64,000 bases of DNA from Oligoflexia bacterium (GTDB lineage Bacteria; Bdellovibrionota; Bdellovibrionia; JABDDW01). Both the position numbers and the translations under genes were made by a program. Location: assembly GCA_043732305.1 (NCBI GenBank), contig JAYTHU010000075.1:1-64000 (forward strand), given 5' to 3'. Position 1 is the stretch's first letter, and every line of letters starts with the position of its first letter. Of this stretch, positions 9,019 to 19,765 are shown piece by piece. Under the pieces are notes generated by a model. That model did not search any database. It was not told the DNA's origin and saw nothing but the letters and a program-made list of their open reading frames with translations.

Positions 9019-9618
9019 TTATTCAGCTGCAGGAGTTACAGGAGCTATGGTGTCTTTTTTCATGACCGCGAAGTTGATTTCGGCGGCACCAGCTTCAGTG
9101 ACAGTGAACATGACTTTTTTGATGGTCAAAAAATCCATGTCTTTGTCAGCTTGAACTGTGATTTTTCTCATGCTCTCGGCAGCAGGAATATCTTTTTTGC
9201 CTGATGGAAGAGCGCTCTTCACTGTTTCAGCAAGTGACTTTTTGAAATTGATTTCATCTTGCTGCATCGCTTGAACCAAACGCACGCGAAGTTGTGGGAT
9301 CATCCAATCTTTGGAACCTTTGACTTCTTTGATATCTGCCACGGTGTCTTTATCTAAAATAACATTTTCAGTGGTCAATGTCACAACGTGAGCAGGTTTA
9401 AGTTCTTTGACCTCGGACGCCTTGGGAAGATGAACGTCTTTAGGAATATTTAAAATTTCTCCAGTAGATGAATAATTCTGGAGTAAGAAAACAACTAAAA
9501 TTGTGAACATGTCGACCATAGAAGTGAGACTCAGTCCCATGATAACGGAACGTTTTGCAATCACCAATCTATTTTTATGACGTCGATCGCGTTTTCCGGG
9601 AATATAAATAGGCATCAA
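9019..9618 (-). CDS. exbD: ExbD/TolR-family motor subunit (AglS/AglQ-like)
   Basis: LSLTSMVDMFTILVVFLL TM with essential Asp; ITVQADK..DF.TIKKVMFT. Confidence 0.9.
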   Translation of the reverse strand: MMPIYIPGKRDRRHKNRLVIAKRSVIMGLSLTSMVDMFTILVVFLLQNYSSTGEILNIPKDVHLPKASEVKELKPAHVVTLTTENVILDKDTVADIKEVKGSKDWMIPQLRVRLVQAMQQDEINFKKSLAETVKSALPSGKKDIPAAESMRKITVQADKDMDFLTIKKVMFTVTEAGAAEINFAVMKKDTIAPVTPAAE

Positions 9619-10091
9619 TCACTTCCTTGTGTGGCGATCGCAATTTCTGGAAACCCTGCGGTCATGAGTGAATCCATACCCTTGATAAGCTCATCGTATT
9701 TGATTTCATCAAGCAAAGTAATAATGCCATCGCTCTTGTCTGGATTGCGAGCTTTGATATTTTTCAGCTGTTCCACGAGGGAGGCTTGATCATACTCGCC
9801 TCCCACCATGGGTATACGCAGAGCCTGTTTACCCATATGGATACTGTAACCTTGACGATTAATATCGATCTTAAGCATTTGCTGCTCTTTTGCTGGCGTT
9901 TCCACTTGACCGGTGTCGGTCTTTTTTCCATAAATGGAACTGCCGATTTGGATCATACTTACCTGAGTCCAAACCGCCGTGATCAAAAGAAAGCTGATAC
10001 AAGTGCTCATCAAATCGATAAAGGGGACGAGATTTAATTCAACGTCAATTTCTCTCTTACCGCCATGTCTAGTGCCATCTGGAGTAAACAT
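9615..10091 (-). CDS. exbD: ExbD/TolR-family motor subunit (AglQ/AglS-like)
   Basis: ELNLVPFIDLMSTCISFLLITAVW; YDELIKGMD. Confidence 0.9.
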   Translation of the reverse strand: MFTPDGTRHGGKREIDVELNLVPFIDLMSTCISFLLITAVWTQVSMIQIGSSIYGKKTDTGQVETPAKEQQMLKIDINRQGYSIHMGKQALRIPMVGGEYDQASLVEQLKNIKARNPDKSDGIITLLDEIKYDELIKGMDSLMTAGFPEIAIATQGSD

Positions 10092-10105
10092 TTTTTATCT
10101 CCTGC

Positions 10106-10768
10106 TTAGTCTTTCATTTTATCGCGATTAGCCACAATCAAGTTCATGATGTTGACTGAACTTTCGTTCATGTCATTCACCATGCGTTGAATTTTGGTCT
10201 GGTAATATCCGTAAGCTAGAAGCGCAGGGATAGCGACGATCAACCCGAATGCGGTACAGTTCATTGCTTCTGCAATACCAGAAGACAACAATGTGGCTTT
10301 CTGTGCGGGATCTGCATTTGTGACGGCGCGAAAGGAGTGAATCAAACCAATAATGGTTCCAAGCAATCCTAACAAAGTGGCGACGTTACCGAACACGGCC
10401 AAGAACGATGTCCAACCGTCAACGATGGGCATTTCTTTAAGTGCTGCTCCGTCCATTGCGACTTGAACTTCTTCATCAGGACGACGATTCAAAACTTGAA
10501 CCAGTCCAGCTTTTAATGTGTTGGTGAGGGGCGCAGGACGGCTATCACAAAAAGTAACCGCTTGTCTGATGTCGCCTCTTAAAACCATGCCGAAGATTTT
10601 TTCGTTGAAGTCTTCCTTGTCCACGGACAGCCGGCGCAATGTGAACCATCTTTCAACAATGATGAACAATGTCAAAACAAGAACGATGGCGATGGGATAC
10701 ATTCCTGGTCCACCACCTCTAAACGCGTCGATAATAAAATTTCCATTCTCTGCTGTTGTCGGTATCAT
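10106..10768 (-). CDS. MotA/TolQ/ExbB proton-channel protein (AglR-like)
   Basis: NVATLLGLLGTIIGLI, GIAEAMNCTAFGLIVAIP. Confidence 0.92.
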   Translation of the reverse strand: MIPTTAENGNFIIDAFRGGGPGMYPIAIVLVLTLFIIVERWFTLRRLSVDKEDFNEKIFGMVLRGDIRQAVTFCDSRPAPLTNTLKAGLVQVLNRRPDEEVQVAMDGAALKEMPIVDGWTSFLAVFGNVATLLGLLGTIIGLIHSFRAVTNADPAQKATLLSSGIAEAMNCTAFGLIVAIPALLAYGYYQTKIQRMVNDMNESSVNIMNLIVANRDKMKD

Positions 10769-10795
10769 GCTGCTTCTCCCCCTTGAGTTTTTAGT

Positions 10796-12877
10796 TTAAT
10801 CCTGAGCCTGGAACACAAACGGATAGCTCACGTCAGCTACTTCATTTGCAGGAGGCTCAGGAAATTTCCATGTTTTTAATCTTGCGACTGCGCAATCTTC
10901 TACTTCTGAATTATTCATAGTGGTGTTTCTCACACCGGCGGAGAGTACTCGTCCACCAGATCCAATGGTCCATTGAATCGTGATTTTTCCGTAAAGACTT
11001 GGATCACGATTGAGCCCTTTTTCATAACAGGCTTTAATTTGTTTTATATTTGCTAGAACCACTCGTCTGATGGCTTCTTTGTCGATACCACCACTCGCGA
11101 CCATGTCATCACCGCCAGCAATGATGCTCGCATTTTTCTTACCGCCGAGAGGTCCCGAACCGTAACCAGTGAGACCGCCCCCTCTGCCTTTTGTTTGTGG
11201 ACCAGCAATTCCAACAGTCGCAGTTCCGTTTCCGCCTTGACCAACTTCTTTCATTCCACTGCCAGGAATATTTCCCGCACCAGCCACTTCACTGCCGGCG
11301 CCGGTCGCACCAGAAGCTGCGCCCGAAACATTTCCAGATCCTTGATAGGCTTTGTTGATTTGATCTTGAACACCTTTGGTCGCAAACACTCCAAGAATTC
11401 CAGATTTGGTCACGTCTTTAGCAGCGGATTTTGCTCCAGAGTCTTTAGCGTGATTGGCTGCTTTTTGAATACCTTTATCTTTGCCCGCTTTATCAGCGGT
11501 TAAGATTTTTTTACCGCTCTTACTTTTATTGGGCTTAGCTTCTTGCGCAGCACCTTCTTCAATATTCGAAGTGGCTACGGGTTTATTCGTTTTGATAGTT
11601 TCTTGAGCTGTTTTAGGAGCTGGCGAAACTTCCTGAACAGAAACATCTTCCACATGTTTTTTGTACATGAAGGTGGCTTTACGAGGAGAAATGGTTTCCT
11701 CTTCTTTTCTATCTTCTGGTCCGGGAGCGTAGAGAAACACGTAGAATAAAAAGAGCACGGTCGCAAGTAAACTCACGAGCAACCAAGTGAGTTGATTGAT
11801 CGAAATATTAAAGAGTGGTCCAGCGACTGCAGAACCAGGACTTGCCACATAACTGATGACAAGTTCCACACCTTCACCAAAATGAATTTTAGCCATCTCA
11901 TCTTGTTTCAAAACATAAACGTAATTTGTGCCAACGGTTTGGATCTCGCCGCTACTTTTCATTTCGGCAAAAGTCTTCTTGGACTGGTCTTTCTTGGTGA
12001 GCTCACCCGTCATGTCGGAAGTGAGGATCAGCTTAGTGATGGAAGCTTCTATCTTAATTAAAGGATGAGAAAGCCTGACGGACCCAAATATTGGCAGAAT
12101 TATGTCGTTTTTAGGATGTGAACCTACGTAAACAACCTTTGTTGTAGAAAAATGATGCTCAGTGAGCACGCGGTCTTTCCAAAGAACAATCAGCTGAACG
12201 ACGTTTCCGCGGCCTGGCTTGAGAGTAGGTCCTACTTTAGATGCTGTCGGTGGAGCAAAAGTTCCTTTACTAGGAGCACGGGAGATCCCCGCCGAAGTCG
12301 CGAGAATTCCACTGGTGCCTCCACCAATACTCGCAACACCAGTCATTTTCACTGCCGCTTGCATTGGCTGCCCTTTGGGTTTTGCAGGAGGAGGTGTAGG
12401 CATGGCTTTAGGTTCAACCGACTTTATCGGCACAACTGGCGTTGATATTTTTACGGGATTTTGAAATGGGGTAGGCTTCTTAACGGGACGTTCCACCATG
12501 GGCGCATCATTCAATGGTTCCTGCGACGGCACAGAAGGAATTACATTTGCGCTAGTGGCTGTACTCGCCACTGGTTTTGGAATGCCAATATGAAATTCAA
12601 CAGTGGTTTTCCCAATCACAAATTCGTCACCGGATTTTAATTCCACTTCGACGATTTTTTTACCGCTAATTAAAGTTCCATTTTCGGTACCAAGATCGCA
12701 TAGAAAGTAAACTCCGCTCCGGTTTTCGATCATGGCGTGAATGGCCGCGGCGCTTTCATCATGAACAGCTAGAGTGACATCACCCTCTCGACCAATAACG
12801 ATTTGATCGCCAGTGACCTGTTTCATTTCGACAGCTTTACCACCCTTGACAACTCTCAGGAAAATAGGTTTGTTCAT
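10796..12877 (-). CDS. gltG: GltG/AgmX/PglI-type protein: FHA domain, Pro-rich linker, TM helix, Gly-rich region, TonB-C-like domain
   Basis: IVIGR..DLGTENGT (FHA); C-terminal IRRVV....QIKACYEKGL.R.P.L.GKI...W.I...G.V...W.FP.P......VSYPFVF. Confidence 0.85.
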   Translation of the reverse strand: MNKPIFLRVVKGGKAVEMKQVTGDQIVIGREGDVTLAVHDESAAAIHAMIENRSGVYFLCDLGTENGTLISGKKIVEVELKSGDEFVIGKTTVEFHIGIPKPVASTATSANVIPSVPSQEPLNDAPMVERPVKKPTPFQNPVKISTPVVPIKSVEPKAMPTPPPAKPKGQPMQAAVKMTGVASIGGGTSGILATSAGISRAPSKGTFAPPTASKVGPTLKPGRGNVVQLIVLWKDRVLTEHHFSTTKVVYVGSHPKNDIILPIFGSVRLSHPLIKIEASITKLILTSDMTGELTKKDQSKKTFAEMKSSGEIQTVGTNYVYVLKQDEMAKIHFGEGVELVISYVASPGSAVAGPLFNISINQLTWLLVSLLATVLFLFYVFLYAPGPEDRKEEETISPRKATFMYKKHVEDVSVQEVSPAPKTAQETIKTNKPVATSNIEEGAAQEAKPNKSKSGKKILTADKAGKDKGIQKAANHAKDSGAKSAAKDVTKSGILGVFATKGVQDQINKAYQGSGNVSGAASGATGAGSEVAGAGNIPGSGMKEVGQGGNGTATVGIAGPQTKGRGGGLTGYGSGPLGGKKNASIIAGGDDMVASGGIDKEAIRRVVLANIKQIKACYEKGLNRDPSLYGKITIQWTIGSGGRVLSAGVRNTTMNNSEVEDCAVARLKTWKFPEPPANEVADVSYPFVFQAQD

Positions 12878-12878
12878 T

Positions 12879-13154
12879 TCACTTTGCCTTTTCTATGTCC
12901 TCTGATGTTTTCGTCATTTCGGGAATAAAATTTTCCCGCATCTTGATGAGTTTTCCAAAGTTGAATTGCTTTTTTTGCAAAAGGTAGAAGAGTTCAGGCT
13001 TTTTCACATCTCCCTGAATCAGCTGATCTTCAAAATCGACGTTTGTGCGTTTTTGTTTCTGTTGAGCATACACGCGCCCCTGAGGCCAGACGATTACCGT
13101 AAGGCTCACAGAAAAAATTAAGAATGAGAAACAACCTTTAAGGATTCTTTCCAC
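12879..13154 (-). CDS. gltF: GltF/CglF-like small gliding protein
   Basis: Signal peptide plus TNVDFEDQLIQGDVKKPE..F..LIKMRENF; lies between gltE and gltG. Confidence 0.75.
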   Translation of the reverse strand: MERILKGCFSFLIFSVSLTVIVWPQGRVYAQQKQKRTNVDFEDQLIQGDVKKPELFYLLQKKQFNFGKLIKMRENFIPEMTKTSEDIEKAK

Positions 13155-14091
13155 TTGGTTTCCCTTTGTTATCCATCTTTGCTTCCAGCATATGGCTTAG
13201 AACATTAGCTTTTTCAAGTATAGCAGAGTCTCTCGCGACAGTTCGCAATTTATTCAAAATTTTGGTGGCCTTCGATGAATCATTTGTTCGCTCGACCAAT
13301 AATGAAGCGTAATTCAAAAGTACAAATTGATTGTTAGGATCTTTGTTGATCGCCTTTTCATAAACGTCCTGAGCTCCAGAAATTTTTCCCGCTCCTCGAA
13401 GTGCAAAACCTAAGTTGCTCAGTGCGTCCGGACTATTGTCCCCATTGTTGACAGCCAGTTGCAATTCATCGGCGGCGTTAGTGTAATTTCGGTACTGAAG
13501 ATAAATTGTTCCGAGATTCACATGAGCAGATTTATTACTAGAATCAAGCTCGATTGACTTTTTAAAATCCACAAGCGCAGATCTTAAATTTTCATTTTTC
13601 ATTTCGATCACGCCCAGATTATTATAGGCAGTCGCGTTCCGAGAATCTTTGCTCAAAACTTTACCAATGAACATGCGAGCCATCTCGAACTTTCCCTGGT
13701 CGATGTACATGATAGAAAGTCCATTTAGAATTTTTGTGTCTCTAGGATTTCTGGAAAGGATTTCAGTGGCCGCATCCAAAACAGCGGGATAGTGATGTGA
13801 CTTGAGCGCGTCGCTAAATTTCTTGTAGGATTCACCCGTGGTAGGACCCACAACTACTGCCGCATTCACAGCAGATGCTTTCTTTTCTGAACTCTGATTC
13901 CCATTATCATCCAATAGATCTGAGGCATCACGTGGAGTAGCTGCAGAAAAATCAGAACTGTCCGTGATTTCTGATGAGCCAGCGTTGTTACTTGAAGCTG
14001 AATTGGATTCCGATTTCTTTTGATTGCTTGAACAGGAAACCAAGAATGCCGCGAGGACAAAAAAAGGATAATATTTTATCTGTTTTTTCAT
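13138..14091 (-). CDS. gltE: TPR lipoprotein, GltE/AglT-like
   Basis: Lipobox LVSC, TPRs (AYNNLGVI, AHVNLGTI, ALSNLGFA), position in cluster. Confidence 0.75.
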   Translation of the reverse strand: MKKQIKYYPFFVLAAFLVSCSSNQKKSESNSASSNNAGSSEITDSSDFSAATPRDASDLLDDNGNQSSEKKASAVNAAVVVGPTTGESYKKFSDALKSHHYPAVLDAATEILSRNPRDTKILNGLSIMYIDQGKFEMARMFIGKVLSKDSRNATAYNNLGVIEMKNENLRSALVDFKKSIELDSSNKSAHVNLGTIYLQYRNYTNAADELQLAVNNGDNSPDALSNLGFALRGAGKISGAQDVYEKAINKDPNNQFVLLNYASLLVERTNDSSKATKILNKLRTVARDSAILEKANVLSHMLEAKMDNKGKPSGKNP

Positions 14092-17000
14092 AACATCCCC
14101 ATGTCATCGGTTCTCAAGATCGGCAACACCAGTTCTTTAGGTTCGCCAAACTTATCTGGTTGTTTCTTCGCCATCGCATCGAGAGCCGTCTTGGTCCACT
14201 GACTGTAAAAATTTATTTGATAACTTTTGTTGATCGCGAGTGTGTAATTCTCTATAGCCTTCTCCATCAAGGGACGTGCAAGACCATCCACGCCTTTTTT
14301 GTAAGCTTCCATCTCTTGCGCATTCAGATCCTTGGGAAGCGGAGAATTATAAATAGTCATCCCCATGTGGTCGTAAGCTTTTCCAAGGGTAGTGAGAGAG
14401 GCGATAATCATGTTTCCATCGTCATATTTTATGACGTCAGAAAGTTCATTCGAAAGTTTGGTGAGTAATCCGAGTTTCTGTTTAACGGCTTCACCTTGTT
14501 TTTTAGGATTTGCAGGTATTCGTAAGTTCACGAGATCATTGTAGGTCTGCTGCGTGAGATTGAATTTACTTTCAGCCGCCCATGCCGCTCCCACATTCTT
14601 TCCACGACTAGCAAAATTTCTCTGAACACTGACTGTGCGTGCAAATTCTTTTTCTGCGTCCGCATGCTTTCCGCGTCGCTGACTGATCTCAGCTAAACGA
14701 AAATAGGATTCAACGATTTTATCTGCATCGGAGTCACCAGAATTAATAAACTTTTGGTAATTGTCTTCGGCAGCTTTCAAGTGGCCAGCTTTTTCATGGA
14801 TTTTGGCGATAGTATAAAGGACCTGGGTGCGTTCTTTTCTATGAGAAGTCTCATAATATTTCTCATAATCACTGATCGATTTGTAGAATTCTTTCTGACC
14901 TTCCCAGATCACCGCTGCATTGAAATAAAGATCTGGACTGACTTTGTCGCTTGGATTTTCTTTAGCGTATCGCTCAAAAAGAACGGCAGCTTTGTCAAAC
15001 TGACTGGTCTGCTCATAAAGTCGCCCCAAAAGCAGCATGCTTTTTTGTTTCAGCTTTTCGTTATTCTTGTTAGGGGCCACTTGAACTTTTTGGTACATGG
15101 CAATGGCAGAAGGTAAATTTCCAGCTCGTTCGTAATTGATTCCGGAGTTATAAGACGCAGAAGCAGACAATGCGCTTTGTGGATAATTTCTTGAGAAATC
15201 CCCAAAGGCTTTGGCACTCGCTTCATAATTTTTAGTGCCTTCAAGATCCTGAGCTTTCTTGAAGCTTGCACTTTCAACGAGGTTTCTCACATCGGTTTGA
15301 AAACCTTGTTGGGTGAGATCTTTATTTCTCATGTAGGCAAGGCCTTCACGAGAAAGATTGTCGTAATCTTTTCTCAAATTGTGAATATCCAAAATCAAGT
15401 TGGCCGAATATACCGCGTAAGGAGTACGGGGATGCATGGCTATGATCTGACGGAAGATTTTAATCGAATCATCAAAATGATTATAGCCATAATGCAAACG
15501 CCCGATCTTGAACTTAACGTCGACTACTTTATTGCCACGAGGGAATTCTAAGATGTATTTTTCGGCGGCAGCAATAAATGAAGTTTCAGATTCTCCAAAA
15601 GCCACGGGATTGAGATTTGAACCCACTGCAACTTTGATCTGGTCGTCTGTTTTTAGATTTTTTTCCAATGACAAAAGAGTATTGAGAACAGCTTGCTCGT
15701 AATACTTTCCCTTGGGTTCGCGCTCAGCAACCACTCGATATTCTTTTCCGGCCTCGTTGAAATCATTGAGTGAATAGAGAAGCTCACCGTAAAAGAAATG
15801 CATCTCGGTGCCATGAGTAGAATCGCCGAATTTACTTAAGTAAAGGCGATAGGCATCTTTGGCGGATGAGGCATCAGGCTTCTTAGCGCTATTCTGATAA
15901 TTTTTGTGGAGAGTCAAAGTGTAATTGCGCATGGAGGTCTCACGCAAAGTGCTGGAGTCTTCAATTAACTTTTTATTGTCTTTATTCGCTTCGGCCCAAT
16001 CACTTCCGGGACCATAATTGTCTATCCAGGTGTAAAGCTCTTGACGGTATGCAGGCTGATTTTTGAGTGTCGAAAAATTTTGCACGATTTGATATTGATA
16101 ATCAAAAGCTTTGGGAGCCTTAGGATTTCGATCGAGCAATTGCCTGAAAACATAGCGTGCGTCTTCTTTTTTACCTTGGTCACTGTAAACGTAAGCTAAT
16201 TTTTCAAGCATGGGATACTGAACGGTTTCGCCACCAATGCGCAGGAAATACTCTGAAGCTGAACGGTAATCACCGCCTTCGCTATAAAACAAAACTAAGT
16301 CTTTGAGAGCTTCACTGCCTAAACGAATACGGCTGACAGCTTTTCGACCTTCAGGAGAATCGCTGTTTTGCATTCCCGCGCGACTGACATGAATAACTTC
16401 TTCTAAAGATTTGATCGCATCGCCAGCGCGCTCCATGCGGAACTGACACCAGGCAAGTTTATAAAGTCCGAAAGTATACAGACGTGCTCGTCGATTTTTA
16501 AGAACTTCTGCGTAGTAGTGATAGGCTTCTTTCATCTTATTGTTATCAAAATAATAGTCACCCAAAGCAAAATTAGCCTCGGAAACGTAAGCAGAGTTGG
16601 GATATTTTTCAGTCAACTTTTTGTAATACGCGATGCCTTTTTGAAGCTGGCCCATCTCAACGTGATTGTAACCCAAGAAAAAGAGCGCTTGCTCGGCTCG
16701 TTCGTCTTTAGGAAAATCTCTAAGGAACCATTCGTAAAGTTTGATGGCCTTCACATTGTACTCATAAGAACCATTTAAATTCAATTTAGGCTTCGAACCT
16801 TTTTTAGCTTCGTACAAAGCAAATTTGTCGTCGTATTCTTTTTGAACTCGAAGCTCTATGTACTTAGCTTTCTCTACATAAGCTTCGGCCAATCGCAACC
16901 AAAGTTGGCCACGGTTTTTACCTTTTCCATATTTCTGGGTCAAATGATAGAGCTCATTTATCTGCTGATCAGTGATAGCTTCTAATTTATCTTCATCAGT

Positions 17001-17270
17001 TCCAGAATCTTTAAATATCTCACCACTCTGGGGAGGCTTCACTTGTGCAAGCGATGCGCCACTGGGGAAAGAGTTTCTCCCATTAGTATTAGCTTCAGGA
17101 ATGACAAAGTTTTTCTTTTTAATGGAAAGGTCACCACCACGACTAGAACTATTGATATTTTCCATCATGTCATTAATGGTAGTTTTTTTCTTCTTACTCG
17201 CATCAGCCGTTACACTGAGAGCAATAGTTCCCACAAGCAAGAATGTTATTCCGGAATTTTTTATTCGCAT
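14088..17270 (-). CDS. gltD: Large TPR protein, GltD/AgmU-like
   Basis: 1060 aa, signal peptide, many TPRs (ALFFLGY, LYKLAWC, ALKDLV.FY). Confidence 0.8.
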   Translation of the reverse strand: MRIKNSGITFLLVGTIALSVTADASKKKKTTINDMMENINSSSRGGDLSIKKKNFVIPEANTNGRNSFPSGASLAQVKPPQSGEIFKDSGTDEDKLEAITDQQINELYHLTQKYGKGKNRGQLWLRLAEAYVEKAKYIELRVQKEYDDKFALYEAKKGSKPKLNLNGSYEYNVKAIKLYEWFLRDFPKDERAEQALFFLGYNHVEMGQLQKGIAYYKKLTEKYPNSAYVSEANFALGDYYFDNNKMKEAYHYYAEVLKNRRARLYTFGLYKLAWCQFRMERAGDAIKSLEEVIHVSRAGMQNSDSPEGRKAVSRIRLGSEALKDLVLFYSEGGDYRSASEYFLRIGGETVQYPMLEKLAYVYSDQGKKEDARYVFRQLLDRNPKAPKAFDYQYQIVQNFSTLKNQPAYRQELYTWIDNYGPGSDWAEANKDNKKLIEDSSTLRETSMRNYTLTLHKNYQNSAKKPDASSAKDAYRLYLSKFGDSTHGTEMHFFYGELLYSLNDFNEAGKEYRVVAEREPKGKYYEQAVLNTLLSLEKNLKTDDQIKVAVGSNLNPVAFGESETSFIAAAEKYILEFPRGNKVVDVKFKIGRLHYGYNHFDDSIKIFRQIIAMHPRTPYAVYSANLILDIHNLRKDYDNLSREGLAYMRNKDLTQQGFQTDVRNLVESASFKKAQDLEGTKNYEASAKAFGDFSRNYPQSALSASASYNSGINYERAGNLPSAIAMYQKVQVAPNKNNEKLKQKSMLLLGRLYEQTSQFDKAAVLFERYAKENPSDKVSPDLYFNAAVIWEGQKEFYKSISDYEKYYETSHRKERTQVLYTIAKIHEKAGHLKAAEDNYQKFINSGDSDADKIVESYFRLAEISQRRGKHADAEKEFARTVSVQRNFASRGKNVGAAWAAESKFNLTQQTYNDLVNLRIPANPKKQGEAVKQKLGLLTKLSNELSDVIKYDDGNMIIASLTTLGKAYDHMGMTIYNSPLPKDLNAQEMEAYKKGVDGLARPLMEKAIENYTLAINKSYQINFYSQWTKTALDAMAKKQPDKFGEPKELVLPILRTDDMGML

Positions 17271-18874
17271 CCTTGAGTCCCTAAGTAATGGTAGTTTCCA
17301 ATTTCATCGAGCCAGTACTCACCATCAAACGGCCAATACTGATATCCATTTTGAATGTAAAAATCGCGATTATTTGCGTCGTCCACGTGAACCGTGCGCA
17401 ATCCTTTTCCTTGAATGCGTTTCTTCAAAGCTTCTTTCTTACCATTGATCATTTCGTATTTGCCGAAGCTGTACTGCTCGAATAAATCCGCCAGCTCATT
17501 TTTCATTGAGACAATGTGATTTTTAGCAATGGTTCCGGCAAGTCTTTCACTCGTTGCAAGCCGCCCACGAATAAGTTGCGCAGAATACTGTCCTACGGCG
17601 GAAGCTTTCCATCGAGGAGATTTATGCATCACATTTGTATATTCACCGCGAAGTCTTGAGATGTATGTGTAGGTATGTTTGAAATCCCCTTCTTTCATGA
17701 TGTTTCTAGCCACCAAGAAAGGAATTCGATAGTTGCGTCGAGCCTTGACATCACCCTTGAGAACATCAAAATTGCGGATGATTTTTTCAATCTCCGTGTA
17801 ATAGTTTGCGGGATCTTGAAATTCGCTAGTGAATTGAATGAGATTATCTTGCACGGGCTTATAGATTTTTTCAAACAAGGCCAAAGTTTTTCCCATCTCA
17901 TCGTATTGGCAAATGTAGAGATAAACTATTCCGCGCAATAAAATAGATTCTGGCAAATAAAAGTCATCGTAATAAGGCGAATGCAATGAATGCAAATTGC
18001 TCAAAACTGATCTGAAATGTGCAGCTCTCATATGAGCCCAGCTCGATTCAAAAAGTGCATCGTGCCAAAGCTGAGTGTCTTTTGGAACTTGACGATAAAG
18101 ATCAATCGCCAAATCCCACTTCTGCATTTGATATGCCACTCGAGCCATTCCCATCACACCGGCCACGCGATCTTCATCAGTGATGCCAGACTCTTTGCGA
18201 TTTTCAGCCAACACAGTGAATGCTTTCATAGCTTCTGGAAGATGATTGGCTTTAGTGAGCGCTAATCCTTCCATGTATTTTGCTTTAGTAAAATAAGGTG
18301 ATGAAGCTTGCACGCGTGCAAAATTTCCCGCAGCATCGTTGAACTTATCTTTTCTCATTAGAAATTCACCAACGCGAAATCTAAGCATGTCCTGACTTTC
18401 ACGAGGGAAGTCATCCACATTTACTTTTCCAATGGCATAATTCAAAAGAGTGTCATCGTTAAGTGCGTCTGCCACCAAAGAGAGTTTTTGCAGAGATTGC
18501 CTTACATATGTCGACTTTCCATCTCTTATCACATCGACGAATTGAAATGCGGATACTTGATACATTTTCATTTCATAAAACATCAAACCCAAGATGTATT
18601 TAATCCGAGATCTTTGTTCAATATATTTTGGATTGCGCGATAAATTAAACAGCATTTGGCTCGCGCCTTCGTAATTCTTCTGATTGGCCATGGCCAGAGC
18701 TTGTCTCAAATCAGAATCATCCATTGCAGGCTGTGCCGCCTTGGCGATTGGAGCTTTTGTGATTTTTCCGGCACCTGGTGAAGTTTTTGTAGCGGCAAAA
18801 ACTATTCCGCAAGTCGAACTCAAACTCAGTGCGAGATAGATCGCAAATTTCTTTTGTGCGCGCTTCATTTTCAT
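17261..18874 (-). CDS. gltC: TPR protein, GltC-like
   Basis: WHDALFESSWA, L.NLHSLHSPYY, C-terminal YWPFDGEYWLDEIGNY. Confidence 0.82.
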   Translation of the reverse strand: MKMKRAQKKFAIYLALSLSSTCGIVFAATKTSPGAGKITKAPIAKAAQPAMDDSDLRQALAMANQKNYEGASQMLFNLSRNPKYIEQRSRIKYILGLMFYEMKMYQVSAFQFVDVIRDGKSTYVRQSLQKLSLVADALNDDTLLNYAIGKVNVDDFPRESQDMLRFRVGEFLMRKDKFNDAAGNFARVQASSPYFTKAKYMEGLALTKANHLPEAMKAFTVLAENRKESGITDEDRVAGVMGMARVAYQMQKWDLAIDLYRQVPKDTQLWHDALFESSWAHMRAAHFRSVLSNLHSLHSPYYDDFYLPESILLRGIVYLYICQYDEMGKTLALFEKIYKPVQDNLIQFTSEFQDPANYYTEIEKIIRNFDVLKGDVKARRNYRIPFLVARNIMKEGDFKHTYTYISRLRGEYTNVMHKSPRWKASAVGQYSAQLIRGRLATSERLAGTIAKNHIVSMKNELADLFEQYSFGKYEMINGKKEALKKRIQGKGLRTVHVDDANNRDFYIQNGYQYWPFDGEYWLDEIGNYHYLGTQGCE

Positions 18875-19710
18875 TATCTATACTCCGCGTCTGGGAACAG
18901 AAAACTCATCCCGATTGTGGCGTAGATATTTGAGTAGCTCGAACTTGTGGAAGATCCCGATGGCGAAACCTGCGACGTCGATGAGTAGGCGTAATAGCTG
19001 ATGTCCACTCTAAGCGCTGTCCACTTGCTAAGCGCATACATCTCACCCACACCCAGATGAAGTGTTGGTGGCGACGTGCTTTGGTTGGTCGCAGTTACAC
19101 CACCACCGAGAGACAAGTAAATGTCAAAGGGGGTGATGCTCCGATTCATGAATCCCATTTTTCCATAGAGAGGAGACCACTTGAAATCCAAACCGTAGAA
19201 AGTTGTGGGAGTGGCAAAGGCATTTGTTTGAATTGAATCAGCTGCAAGTTCATTGGTAACGGTTTTATTGCTGCTTGAGATCCAGCTACCAGTAAGCTCA
19301 ACTCCGTAATTCTCAGAGAAATAGTATGCGGCTCTCAGTCCGTATGAAAAATCTGTGAAAAACGCGTCATTGATCACCATGCCGATGTTGGGAAACAATT
19401 CAAATCGGCCAGTCTTCGGTAAAAATCTTTTATTGATCACAGCAATATCACTGAACGCGGAGAGATTACCTAACCCGGTAAGGCCGCTGTCTTCGGCTTT
19501 AGGGGTAGCCGAATTTTTTGTAGCTGGCCTTACTTCTCTGATTTGTGGTGCGGATTCTTTCAGCGCTTTTTCGTAACTTGAATCATCTTGAGTCGTGCTG
19601 TTGACATCGAAGGGAATTTCATCTTCGGCCAATACCTTTGGAGAAAACAAAGTTCCGCCGACAATAAGCACGAGAAGTATAGAATTTTTAAAACCGCCTG
19701 TTTTACTCAT
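18874..19710 (-). CDS. Outer-membrane beta-barrel, GltA/GltB family
   Basis: IAVINKRFLPKTGRFEL, NDAFF, WSPLYGK, FDIYLSLGGG, terminal IGMSFLFP. Confidence 0.82.
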   Translation of the reverse strand: MSKTGGFKNSILLVLIVGGTLFSPKVLAEDEIPFDVNSTTQDDSSYEKALKESAPQIREVRPATKNSATPKAEDSGLTGLGNLSAFSDIAVINKRFLPKTGRFELFPNIGMVINDAFFTDFSYGLRAAYYFSENYGVELTGSWISSSNKTVTNELAADSIQTNAFATPTTFYGLDFKWSPLYGKMGFMNRSITPFDIYLSLGGGVTATNQSTSPPTLHLGVGEMYALSKWTALRVDISYYAYSSTSQVSPSGSSTSSSYSNIYATIGMSFLFPDAEYR

Positions 19711-19765
19711 TCACCGTATCCTTGGTGTTGAACTCGTTCAGTTGAATTCCTATTTTAATTTCCTA